A DNA stretch of 42,489 nucleotides, taken from NCBI GenBank assembly GCA_031285765.1, contig JAITVO010000348.1, positions 1 to 42,489 of the forward strand, given 5' to 3'. The position numbers and the translations under genes are program-made. Under the pieces are notes generated by a model, which had not been told where the DNA came from, did no database searches, and saw nothing but the letters and a program-made list of their open reading frames with translations. Below are positions 27,303 to 35,653 of the stretch, in pieces. This DNA is from Cytophagaceae bacterium (GTDB taxonomy: Bacteria > Bacteroidota > Bacteroidia > Bacteroidales > Marinilabiliaceae). Numbering within the stretch: position 1 is the stretch's first letter; each line of letters opens with the position of its first letter.

Positions 27303-28031
27303 TTAAAGTTTTGCTGCATCCATAAAACTGTTGAGCAGTTCGGGATTTTTTTCGAGTGCATTACCTATCACAACAATATCGGCGCCGTGCTGATAGGCGG
27401 TAGCGAGTTTTTCGGGCGTATCAATGCCTCCGCCTATCATCAGTGGAATTGAAGTGTTTGCTTTTACCCTTGAAATGATACATGCAGGCACAGGCGAGTA
27501 TGCACCACTGCCTGCGTCCATGTAAATTAATTTCATGCCTATCATTTCTCCGGCAATGGCGGTTGCAACAGCGATGTCGGGCTTGTCGGCAGGGATTGGA
27601 CGTGTATTGCTGATGTATTCGACCGAAGTAAGATGCCCGCCGTCGATAAGCATATAGCCCGTGGAGATGGGTTCGATGCTGTAGCGCCTGATTGTTGGTG
27701 CGGCAATTACGTGATTTCCTATCAAAAGTTCGGGATTGCGCCCCGAAATCATCGACAAAAATAACATTGCATCGAAACCTTGAACAACGTGCGACGAATG
27801 ACCGGGGTAAAGAACAATAGGTATGTCTAAATTCTTTTTTAAAAAGCCAAGTAGCGGTTCAACAGGCGTTGAAATGAGGCTTCCACCTACGAGAAGGAAG
27901 TGAGGCGTGCGTTTTTTCATACCTGCAACTAATTGTTCCATCGTTGCATCCGAGCATTTGTCGGGGTCGATGAGGAACGAGAGTAGTTTTTCTCCTTTTG
28001 AAATAACTGATAGAATATTTTCGTAAATCAT
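27303..28031 (-). CDS. Geranylgeranylglyceryl / heptaprenylglyceryl phosphate synthase family protein (PcrB/GGGPS)
   Basis: 242-aa TIM-barrel with family motifs (LVGGS, YMDAGSGA, MIGGGI, VVIGNALE). Confidence 0.8.
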   Translation of the reverse strand: MIYENILSVISKGEKLLSFLIDPDKCSDATMEQLVAGMKKRTPHFLLVGGSLISTPVEPLLGFLKKNLDIPIVLYPGHSSHVVQGFDAMLFLSMISGRNPELLIGNHVIAAPTIRRYSIEPISTGYMLIDGGHLTSVEYISNTRPIPADKPDIAVATAIAGEMIGMKLIYMDAGSGAYSPVPACIISRVKANTSIPLMIGGGIDTPEKLATAYQHGADIVVIGNALEKNPELLNSFMDAAKL

Positions 28032-28074
28032 AGCTGCTTTTTTCGACTATTGCGCGGCAAAGTTACCGATTATT

Positions 28075-28707
28075 TTAACAATGCCAAACAAGTGTATAGT
28101 CCGAATCGGTAATATAATTCAACTGATAGTGTGTGGCGCGTACTCCCAGCTCTTCGGTATTCAATATTCCTTCGTGGCAAAGAGCAAAGGGCGAAACTTT
28201 GAGGTCGGCATTAAAAACAGCATCCTGTCGGCGTATCATTTTATAGAGAACTTCTTTGGCGCACCAAATCAGTGTATCGTATTCCAGCTCCTTATCGGGA
28301 GGGATAAAAAGTTTTTCGTCGGGGTGAAGAAACCTTTCGGCAATGCGTAGAATACGCTGCTGTGGTATTTCGATGTCGATGCCTGCAATGTCATTTTGGG
28401 AGATAGCAATGGCTGCAAAACCTTTAGTATGCGTAATACTGATACTTTTATTGAGCTGCGCAACAAATGGCTGCCCGTTTTCGTTGTAAATAACGTGAGG
28501 AATGTGTTGAGTAAGTTTGTAAATCAGCGCTCGCGAAGCCATCCACTCCAGTCGTCGCGGCGCATAACGAAACGACTGCACGTTTAGCAGCATTTGTTTT
28601 GTGCAAGGGAACATTTGCAAGAGCTGCTCTTCGGTTTCATCTATTTTCCAAACAGCAGCAACGCCGCCTGAATCTGTTTTTCTTGAAAATATAACAGGCA
28701 TTACCAA
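28075..28707 (-). CDS. 4'-phosphopantetheinyl transferase (Sfp type)
   Basis: Motifs GIDIE and WCAKEVLYK. Its start overlaps the gldD stop. Confidence 0.8.
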   Translation of the reverse strand: MVMPVIFSRKTDSGGVAAVWKIDETEEQLLQMFPCTKQMLLNVQSFRYAPRRLEWMASRALIYKLTQHIPHVIYNENGQPFVAQLNKSISITHTKGFAAIAISQNDIAGIDIEIPQQRILRIAERFLHPDEKLFIPPDKELEYDTLIWCAKEVLYKMIRRQDAVFNADLKVSPFALCHEGILNTEELGVRATHYQLNYITDSDYTLVWHC

Positions 28708-29291
28708 TTATTTTTCCATCGAATGCTTTCGACCATGCGAAAAATATCGTCGGAGATGAAATGAACCACCGGAGCAAGCGAATCTTTGTTGGGAGCTGTA
28801 TTAAAATAGAGAGCGCCACGCAAAAAATGCCTTACGCTGTCGGTAACAAAAAATTGAAAGGAGGAAGCTGCATTTCCTTTTATTTCGAAAACTGTTCCAT
28901 AAACGTTTTGATTGTCATTAATAAAGGGATATTCCTTTATACCATCAGCTTTAATGGTATGCGCGTATGCAAAACGGATGTTATCCTCAATAATTTCATA
29001 AATATTATTGTTCACTTCTATATAAGTGATATGTATTTTTGCATTAAACTGCGGGAATGTAATATTAATCCAGTTAGGTTCGGCTGTGGGCGATACATCG
29101 GTTTCTACGCGGGCATACTTTGGATAAATAAAACTGTAAGGCATTGCCGAATCAAGCTGTATGTAACCTTTTTCGGGCATTTCGATACGAAAATAGCCTC
29201 TCGGTTTGGGTGTTCCTGCTTGCCGGCACGAAACCGAGAGCAACATTATTGTGCAAAACACGATTGATAGCCGTAATAAATATTGATACAT
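28701..29291 (-). CDS. gldD: Gliding motility lipoprotein GldD
   Basis: Lipobox LSVSC followed by PKPRGYFRIEMPEKGY. The C-terminal FFVTDSVRHFLRGALYFNTAPNKDSLAPV...ESIRW matches my recollection of the GldD family. Confidence 0.75.
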   Translation of the reverse strand: MYQYLLRLSIVFCTIMLLSVSCRQAGTPKPRGYFRIEMPEKGYIQLDSAMPYSFIYPKYARVETDVSPTAEPNWINITFPQFNAKIHITYIEVNNNIYEIIEDNIRFAYAHTIKADGIKEYPFINDNQNVYGTVFEIKGNAASSFQFFVTDSVRHFLRGALYFNTAPNKDSLAPVVHFISDDIFRMVESIRWKNNW

Positions 29292-29434
29292 TTGCTAATT
29301 ATTTCTTTTTGAACAAGGTGTGTTCACAAATTTTTCTGCCAACAGCCGACAAAAGTAATTTATATGCAGAGAAAAAGCAAGTGGATACTGAAATAAAGAA
29401 GATAATTTGCCAACTCTATTTATACTCAAACAGA

Positions 29435-29476
29435 ATTGATTTGCGAATAAAAGCAACAAGGGGATTAATCCCCTTG
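29435..29476 (-). repeat. Composite palindromic element (20-bp perfect palindrome caaggggattaatccccttg plus the attgatttgcga tail), inverted copy
   Basis: Same architecture as 33265-33306 and 42333-42374, in the opposite orientation. Confidence 0.6.
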
Positions 29477-29600
29477 CCAATAAATAAAACTGAACAGTTA
29501 AAACTGGAATACTCTGTTATTTGTAAACCATTTTTGTTTGAGGATAAATCGGTAAAATATCCTGAATACAGTTTCCGGATTATAGATTAATTTGCCAAAA

Positions 29601-29644
29601 TGCGTATTATTCGAATCATTCGCGTTCAAAAAAACTTTTTGAAC
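29601..29644 (+). repeat. ATCCGCG/GTTCAAAAA-family repeat with a perfect hairpin gttcaaaaa-aac-tttttgaac
   Basis: tgcgtattattcgaatcattcgcgttcaaaaaaactttttgaac, with the hairpin at 29624-29644. Confidence 0.5.
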
Positions 29645-29680
29645 AGTTTCAAAAAAGTTTGTACTTTCTGCAGATTCACG

Positions 29681-29688
29681 TAATTTTG
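29681..29688 (+). promoter_or_regulatory. -7 box TAatTTTG upstream of the 154-aa ORF
   Basis: Exact TAnnTTTG, 32 nt upstream of the ATG at 29720. Confidence 0.4.
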
Positions 29689-29719
29689 GGCGCTCAAATC
29701 ACGTTGAAATTCATCGGTT

Positions 29720-30184
29720 ATGTACACAAAAGAAGAATCAAAAGCGGTAAGGGTTGAGTTTTGGGAAAAACTGACCAACCGCACTCGAAGATTGCCCGGA
29801 CAAAAAGGCCGTAAAAAATTCTGGATTTTCGAAAACACCGGAATCAAGGGTGTTGATTTGCGTTTCGATGTGGATAGAACAAAGGTGCAGGTTGCACTGG
29901 AAATTAATCACACCAGCGAAGAACGCCGGCTCGAACTGTTTGAAAAACTGAAAGCCTGCAAGTCGATATTCGAATCGGAATTTGGCGAGCCGCTTACATG
30001 GACATTTCTGTACGAAAAAGATACAGGCGAACAAGTATGCCGCATATTTGTTGAACGCGCCGGCGATATTCACCAAAAAGATTTGTGGGCAGAAATGATT
30101 TATTTTTTGATTGACAAAATGATGAAACTCGAAAAAGCATTCCTTGCCGTAAAAGATTATATGCAATCGGATATGAATAAGTAA
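29720..30184 (+). CDS. Hypothetical cytoplasmic protein (DUF4268-like)
   Basis: 154-aa clean ORF with its own promoter box. The family assignment is from memory only. Confidence 0.6.
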   Translation: MYTKEESKAVRVEFWEKLTNRTRRLPGQKGRKKFWIFENTGIKGVDLRFDVDRTKVQVALEINHTSEERRLELFEKLKACKSIFESEFGEPLTWTFLYEKDTGEQVCRIFVERAGDIHQKDLWAEMIYFLIDKMMKLEKAFLAVKDYMQSDMNK

Positions 30185-30196
30185 TTGTAACAATTT

Positions 30197-31240
30197 ATGA
30201 ACAATACAATCTGTTTTCCTGCCGAATGGACAGAGCAGGATGCTGTGCTAATGGCGTTGCCGCACAAGGCTACCGACTGGGCTGATATGCTCGGCGAAGT
30301 GCAAAACTGTTTTTGGGAAATCATCAATGCCATAACAAAACATGACGAGCCGGTTATACTGCTTGTTCCCGACCGCCAAAACTTTGATGAGGCTAAACAT
30401 CGCTTCAGCGAAAAGGTATGTCCCGTCATTGTTCCAACCAACGATACTTGGGCGAGGGATTTCTGTCCTGTTTTTATTTACAAGGATGGCGTACCCGTTT
30501 GCCTCGATTTTAAATTCAACGGCTGGGGACTGAAATTCGCTGCCGATAAGGATAATCTGATTTCGGGAACGTTAGCGTGCCGCAATATATTTTCGGAAAA
30601 ATCGGGATACCGTAATCTTTTGAATTTTGTACTCGAAGGCGGAAGTCTTGAATCCGACGGCGAAGGAACATTACTCACCACCGCCCAGTGTTTGCTTTCG
30701 CCCAACCGAAACGGCGAATGGAACCGTCCTCAAATTGAAACGTATTTAAAAGAACATTTGGGACTTTCGCGCATTCTATGGCTTAACAGCGGATTTTTGG
30801 AAGGCGACGATACCGACAGCCACATCGACACGCTGGCGCGTTTCTGCGACACAGAAACCATTACTTATGTTAAATGCAGCTCCCCTAACGATATTCACTT
30901 CGAGGCGCTGGCAAATATGGAAGACGAGCTGAAAAAATTTTGCACCCCCGCCGGAAAACCATACCGACTGCTGCCGCTTCCAATGGCTGAACCTGTATTT
31001 TTCGATGGCGAAAGACTTCCCGCCACTTATGCCAATTTTTTGATTGTAAACAAAGCCGTACTTGTGCCCACTTACAATTCACCGCTCGACGATGAGGCTA
31101 TAAAAATTATCTCATCCGCTTTTCCCGACCGCAAAGTTGTTGGCGTCAACTGCAATGCGCTTATCAAACAGCATGGCTCGCTGCATTGCGTTACAATGCA
31201 GCTGCCCAAAGGAAGTATCAATCCCAATTTTTTAGCATAA
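30197..31240 (+). CDS. aguA: Agmatine deiminase
   Basis: 347 aa, PAD_porph family, with TWARDF, DSHIDTLARF and catalytic-Cys GSLHCVTMQ. Confidence 0.9.
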   Translation: MNNTICFPAEWTEQDAVLMALPHKATDWADMLGEVQNCFWEIINAITKHDEPVILLVPDRQNFDEAKHRFSEKVCPVIVPTNDTWARDFCPVFIYKDGVPVCLDFKFNGWGLKFAADKDNLISGTLACRNIFSEKSGYRNLLNFVLEGGSLESDGEGTLLTTAQCLLSPNRNGEWNRPQIETYLKEHLGLSRILWLNSGFLEGDDTDSHIDTLARFCDTETITYVKCSSPNDIHFEALANMEDELKKFCTPAGKPYRLLPLPMAEPVFFDGERLPATYANFLIVNKAVLVPTYNSPLDDEAIKIISSAFPDRKVVGVNCNALIKQHGSLHCVTMQLPKGSINPNFLA

Positions 31241-31245
31241 CAGCA

Positions 31246-32130
31246 ATGAAAACAGTAAAAACAGGAATTATTCAGCAAAGTAATTCGAGCAGTGTCGAAG
31301 CAAATTTACGGAAACTCGAAAGCAACATCCGCAAAGTTGTTTCGGAAGGCAGCGAATTGGTTGTTTTGCAGGAATTGCACAATACACCATACTTTTGTCA
31401 GACCGAAGACCCTGCTATTTTTGATATGGCAGAGCCGATTCCGGGACCTTCGACCGTTTTCTTTAGCGCTTTGGCAAAAGAGTTAAAAACAGTTATAGTA
31501 ACATCCCTTTTTGAGCGCCGCGCCGCCGGTTTGTATCACAACACAGCCGTAGTTATCGAAAACGACGGCACAATTGCAGGGAAATACCGTAAAATGCACA
31601 TTCCCGACGACCCAGCCTACTACGAAAAATTCTACTTCACCCCCGGCGATACAGGATTTACGCCCATCCAAACCTCTGTTGGGAAATTAGGCGTGCTGGT
31701 GTGCTGGGATCAGTGGTATCCCGAAGCCGCTCGCCTGATGGCATTGCAGGGCGCCGATTTACTGATTTACCCTACCGCCATCGGGTGGGAAAGCAGCGAC
31801 AGCGCCGACGAGAAAGAGCGGCAGAAAGAGGCATGGATACTGTCGCAACGCGCCCATGCCGTAGCCAACGGATTGCCGGTAGTTGCGGTAAACCGCGTTG
31901 GTTACGAGTACGACCCGTCGGGCGTTACAGGTGGCATACTTTTTTGGGGAAACAGTTTTGTTGCCGGTCCGCAGGGTGAATTTATTGCACAGGCAGGAAG
32001 CGACGGCGACGAAAACATTACAGTAGAAATCAACCTTTCGGGTACCGAAGAAGTCCGTCGTATGTGGCCCTTTTTACGCGACCGGCGCATTGATGCTTAC
32101 GCTGATATTTTGAAAAGATTTGTGGATTAA
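31246..32130 (+). CDS. aguB: N-carbamoylputrescine amidase (carbon-nitrogen hydrolase)
   Basis: Nitrilase-superfamily E-K-C triad context (LQELH, YRKMHIP, VLVCWDQWYPE). I prefer the ATG at 31246 over 31186, which overlaps aguA. Confidence 0.9.
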   Translation: MKTVKTGIIQQSNSSSVEANLRKLESNIRKVVSEGSELVVLQELHNTPYFCQTEDPAIFDMAEPIPGPSTVFFSALAKELKTVIVTSLFERRAAGLYHNTAVVIENDGTIAGKYRKMHIPDDPAYYEKFYFTPGDTGFTPIQTSVGKLGVLVCWDQWYPEAARLMALQGADLLIYPTAIGWESSDSADEKERQKEAWILSQRAHAVANGLPVVAVNRVGYEYDPSGVTGGILFWGNSFVAGPQGEFIAQAGSDGDENITVEINLSGTEEVRRMWPFLRDRRIDAYADILKRFVD

Positions 32131-32140
32131 ATAAAGTTTT

Positions 32141-32280
32141 ATTGAGCAATTAAGATGTTATATTGGACCGTCAAGATGTTATATTGAACCGTCAAGATGT
32201 TATATTGAGCCGTCAAGATGTTATATTGAGCCGTTAAGATGTTATATTGAACCGTCTATATTGAACCGTCAAGATGTTAT
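32141..32280. repeat. 21-bp tandem direct repeat: 6 full units plus 1 unit with a 7-bp deletion (consensus attgaRccgtcaagatgttat)
   Basis: Units start at 32141, 32162, 32183, 32204, 32225, 32246 (14 bp, truncated) and 32260. Lies between the aguB stop and the folE promoter. Confidence 0.9.
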
Positions 32281-32495
32281 CGTTATAAAATAAAGATAAA
32301 CATGCGTAACACGAATGAGTTATTATGCATTATAACAGGAGAAGGCAATTTAATACTTAACCGCTATCAAACAAATTAAAATTTACGACAGGTAAAGTAT
32401 CGTTCCTGTGCGACTTTGCAATACATACTCATCCCTTTCCGCAGATTATTGTCCTGTCATTTCTGCTTTCATCAAACATATTCCATTTTTTTCCC

Positions 32496-32503
32496 TACTT
32501 TTG
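32496..32503 (+). promoter_or_regulatory. -7 box TActTTTG upstream of folE
   Basis: Exact TAnnTTTG, 34 nt upstream of the ATG at 32537. This supports the shorter folE start. Confidence 0.45.
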
Positions 32504-32536
32504 TTCCGTTTTTTCAACACAGCTATATTAACAGAT

Positions 32537-33154
32537 ATGGACGAAATGAAAGGTTATCAAAAAATCGACAGGTACGACGACGAACTCACAGCTCAACTTT
32601 CGGACGTTTATCGCCAAGCATTGGTATTGCTTGGCGAAGACCCCACGCGCGAAGGTCTGGAAAAAACGCCGAAGCGTGTTGCAAAGGCTATGCAGTTTCT
32701 TACGCAGGGGTATCATGCAAAGCCCGAAGATATTATACGGTCGGCAATGTTTCAGGAAGATTATCAGCAAATGGTGGTGGTAAAGGACATCGAAATCTAT
32801 TCACTGTGCGAGCATCACTTGTTGCCATTCTTCGGCAAGGCTCATGTGGCTTACATTCCGCGTCATCATATTACAGGATTGAGCAAAATTGCCCGTGTGG
32901 TGGAGGCTTATGCCCGTCGCTTGCAGGTGCAGGAACGCCTGACAACACAAATCAAACACTGCATTCAGGAAACGCTGAACCCGCTGGGCGTTGCGGTTGT
33001 TATTGAGGCGCAGCACATGTGTATGCAGATGCGCGGCATCCAGAAGCAACATTCTGTTACCACAACGTCCGACTTTACGGGCGCATTTATGAAAAATGTG
33101 GCAACCCGCGCCGAGTTTTTCAATATTATTGGCTCGCAAAGTTTTAAAAGTTGA
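32537..33154 (+). CDS. folE: GTP cyclohydrolase I
   Basis: Motifs [13 protein letters not shown] and [18 protein letters not shown]. The GTG-extended ORF from 32408 runs through the promoter region. Confidence 0.92.
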   Translation: MDEMKGYQKIDRYDDELTAQLSDVYRQALVLLGEDPTREGLEKTPKRVAKAMQFLTQGYHAKPEDIIRSAMFQEDYQQMVVVKDIEIYSLCEHHLLPFFGKAHVAYIPRHHITGLSKIARVVEAYARRLQVQERLTTQIKHCIQETLNPLGVAVVIEAQHMCMQMRGIQKQHSVTTTSDFTGAFMKNVATRAEFFNIIGSQSFKS

Positions 33155-33264
33155 TAATTGAAAATGTATCCATCATTTTCCTGTTCTCCATTTTTATACT
33201 CAACAGGAAATAAATTGCCAATAACAGAGGTTTTATATCCGGTTCAACTGTCGCCCTGCACCGG

Positions 33265-33306
33265 CAATGGGACATGCCCCATTGTCGCTTCTATTCGCAA
33301 ATCAAT
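33265..33306 (+). repeat. Composite palindromic element (caatgggacatgccccattg plus tail ...ttcgcaaatcaat)
   Basis: 18 of 20 positions palindromic. Same architecture as 42333-42374, which has a perfect palindrome. Confidence 0.6.
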
Positions 33307-33326
33307 TTTATTTGAGTATAACTTTA

Positions 33327-34433
33327 ATGATTGCCACAAAAAATATTCACAACCGGCTCAATTCCCTATTTACGAAAGAGGAACTGTGGCTTATTGAAAA
33401 TCTTTTTCGCCGAAAACGAACCGTTTTCGATGGAGATACACCCAACGAGGATGTTTTGCTCAGCACATCAAGTCGTAACGGTATTACGCCCCTGCTGTAT
33501 GCTGGCAATTTGTGCGATGGCTTTTCCGAAAGGTTTCGGGCGGCTGTAAAGCAGGAATATCTTTATACGATGGGGCGAAATTCAGCCTTTCAAAAGATTG
33601 CAGAAGAAATTATTAATAAGCTTTCGTCCGTCAATATTCCTGTTATTTTGCTGAAAGGGATTCATTTGGCTACAAATGTTTATCCCGATATTGCCCTGCG
33701 TCCGATGAGCGACATCGATTTGCTTGTTCCGCCCGGTAAAGCAGCTTTGGCGTGGCAAATCATGAACGGTAAAGAACCAGACGAAAGAGATTCGGACAAA
33801 AAGACGGCGCATCATTTGCCCGCGTTCAATTATCGCGGCGCAAACATTGAGTTGCACAGGTATTTATTCCCTTCCGATGTAAAATATACCGTTCCTGTTG
33901 ATGATATATGGAAACATTCCGAAAAACTCGACCGTTTTAATGCGTTTGCAATGAATCCTGTTCATCAAATTATTTATCTTCTGCTGCATGTTTATTACAC
34001 CACGCGACAGGGCGGTTTTCGTTTAGGATGGTTTGATGATATTACAGCCGTAACCGGTTTTTATAGCGACAGCATCGCGTTAAGCGAGTTAAAAACAGCG
34101 TGCGAAGCATGGCGCGTATATAAGCCTGTACATCTGATGCTGCAATTTTACGCGCTGCTGGTTCCCGATAACAAACTTGGTGTTTTGCTTTGCGCGAAAA
34201 GCGAAAAACAGATAAAACAAATGATCCGCCTGCTTCATACATCCAACCAGTTGAAGCCGGAATACGGTTACGGGATTGTTTTTGAACGGTTGTGGCAAAC
34301 AAAAGGCATCCGTAACAAAATTGTTTTCATCAAAAATATATTGAATAACAAATCGGGCTGTTCGCCCCAACGAATTGCACATTTGTTTAAAAACAGTTTC
34401 AGGTTTGCTGTGCAAAAAATATTACGGAGGTAA
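33327..34433 (+). CDS. Uncharacterised nucleotidyltransferase family protein (NTP_transf_5-like)
   Basis: IPVILLKGIHLATNVYPDIALRPMSDIDLLVP is the hallmark of this family. I prefer the ATG at 33327, because the upstream 20 codons lie in the palindromic repeat. Confidence 0.75.
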   Translation: MIATKNIHNRLNSLFTKEELWLIENLFRRKRTVFDGDTPNEDVLLSTSSRNGITPLLYAGNLCDGFSERFRAAVKQEYLYTMGRNSAFQKIAEEIINKLSSVNIPVILLKGIHLATNVYPDIALRPMSDIDLLVPPGKAALAWQIMNGKEPDERDSDKKTAHHLPAFNYRGANIELHRYLFPSDVKYTVPVDDIWKHSEKLDRFNAFAMNPVHQIIYLLLHVYYTTRQGGFRLGWFDDITAVTGFYSDSIALSELKTACEAWRVYKPVHLMLQFYALLVPDNKLGVLLCAKSEKQIKQMIRLLHTSNQLKPEYGYGIVFERLWQTKGIRNKIVFIKNILNNKSGCSPQRIAHLFKNSFRFAVQKILRR

Positions 34434-34436
34434 ATA

Positions 34437-35597
34437 ATGGTTAAACATGTAACAGCTATGCAAAAAGTGATGATTTTTATCGACTGGTTTTTGCCCGGAT
34501 TCAAAGCGGGCGGACCTGTTCGTTCGATGGCAAATATGGTTGAACATCTGAACAGTGATTTTGAATTTTATATTGTAACGCGCAACACCGAGTACCTCGA
34601 AACACAGCCTTATACCAACGTAACAACTGACAGCTGGAACGATTTTGCGCCGAATACAAAAGTCTTTTACGCTTCTAAGGAAAAAATATCGCAGAAGCAG
34701 TGGCGTAAACTGATTCGCGCCATTCGTCCCGATACAGTATATATCAACGGTATCTATTCCCCTTTCTTTTCAATGATGCCTTTGTATGCCGCAAAACTTG
34801 AGCGGATTAAAAAGATTATTGTTGCGCCAAGGGGAATGTTAGCCGAAAGCGCAATCGGCGTCAAGAGTTTTAAGAAAAAACTTTTTTTGAAGCTGATACG
34901 CCTCACAGGACTGTACAAAAATGTTGAATGGCATGTTACCAATTCCAAGGAAGGCAGTGAAGTTTATCAAGTTGTCAATTTAAAGGCGCAACTTTTTGTT
35001 GCACCCAACCTGTCACGCAAAAGCTGTCCCGATTTCCATACAGTTGATAAAAGCGCCGAAAGTGTAAAACTGTGTTCGTTTGCACGGATTTCGCCCGAAA
35101 AAAACACCATGTTTGCGCTGCAGTGTTTAAAAAAGATTCCCCCAACTGTTAAAATTCAATTTGATTTATACGGCGAGATATACAATGCTGCTTACTGGCA
35201 AAAATGCAGAGAAATAATTGACGGGTTCACGAATAACATCACAGTTAGTTACAGTGGAGTTGTTGATCCGTCGAAAGTATCGGACAGCATTGCGCAGTAT
35301 CATGCACTGTTTTTGCCAAGCAGAGGCGAAAATTTCGGACACGTTATTCTCGAAAGTTTTATGGCAGGGCGTCCCGTTATTATCAGCAACCAAACGCCAT
35401 GGCGCAATTTAGCCGAACAAAATGCAGGATGGGATTTGCCTTTGGATGAATCGGAATTTACCGGAACCATCGAACTTTTAGCTCAAATGCAGCAATCGGA
35501 ATACGATAAATGGTGCAAGGGAGCTTTCCGGTTGGCTGCTGGTATTATTAATGATACAAAATTGCTGCTGATGTATAAAGAGATGCTTTCCATTTAG
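34437..35597 (+). CDS. Glycosyltransferase, GT-B fold (GT4-like)
   Basis: C-terminal LFLPSRGENFGHVILESFMAGRPVIIS (the E-x7-E region). The real start may be a few codons downstream (MQKVMIFIDW). Confidence 0.8.
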   Translation: MVKHVTAMQKVMIFIDWFLPGFKAGGPVRSMANMVEHLNSDFEFYIVTRNTEYLETQPYTNVTTDSWNDFAPNTKVFYASKEKISQKQWRKLIRAIRPDTVYINGIYSPFFSMMPLYAAKLERIKKIIVAPRGMLAESAIGVKSFKKKLFLKLIRLTGLYKNVEWHVTNSKEGSEVYQVVNLKAQLFVAPNLSRKSCPDFHTVDKSAESVKLCSFARISPEKNTMFALQCLKKIPPTVKIQFDLYGEIYNAAYWQKCREIIDGFTNNITVSYSGVVDPSKVSDSIAQYHALFLPSRGENFGHVILESFMAGRPVIISNQTPWRNLAEQNAGWDLPLDESEFTGTIELLAQMQQSEYDKWCKGAFRLAAGIINDTKLLLMYKEMLSI

Positions 35598-35653
35598 TTG
35601 AAAATTGAAAACGCCCCCCGTGCCTTCTTCATTTTCAACTCTCAATATTCAAC

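Noticed and set aside
32141-32280. CRISPR array interpretation of the tandem repeats (also 16448-16531 and 41917-42084)
   Set aside because: The units are directly adjacent with no unique spacers, the repeat length is 21 bp, and no cas genes are present.
32408-33154. GTG-extended folE (248 aa) and the overlapping 196-aa ORF at 32416
   Set aside because: The extension is hydrophobic junk covering an exact -7 promoter box. FolE homology starts at the ATG at 32537. The 32416 ORF is an out-of-frame Arg-rich shadow.
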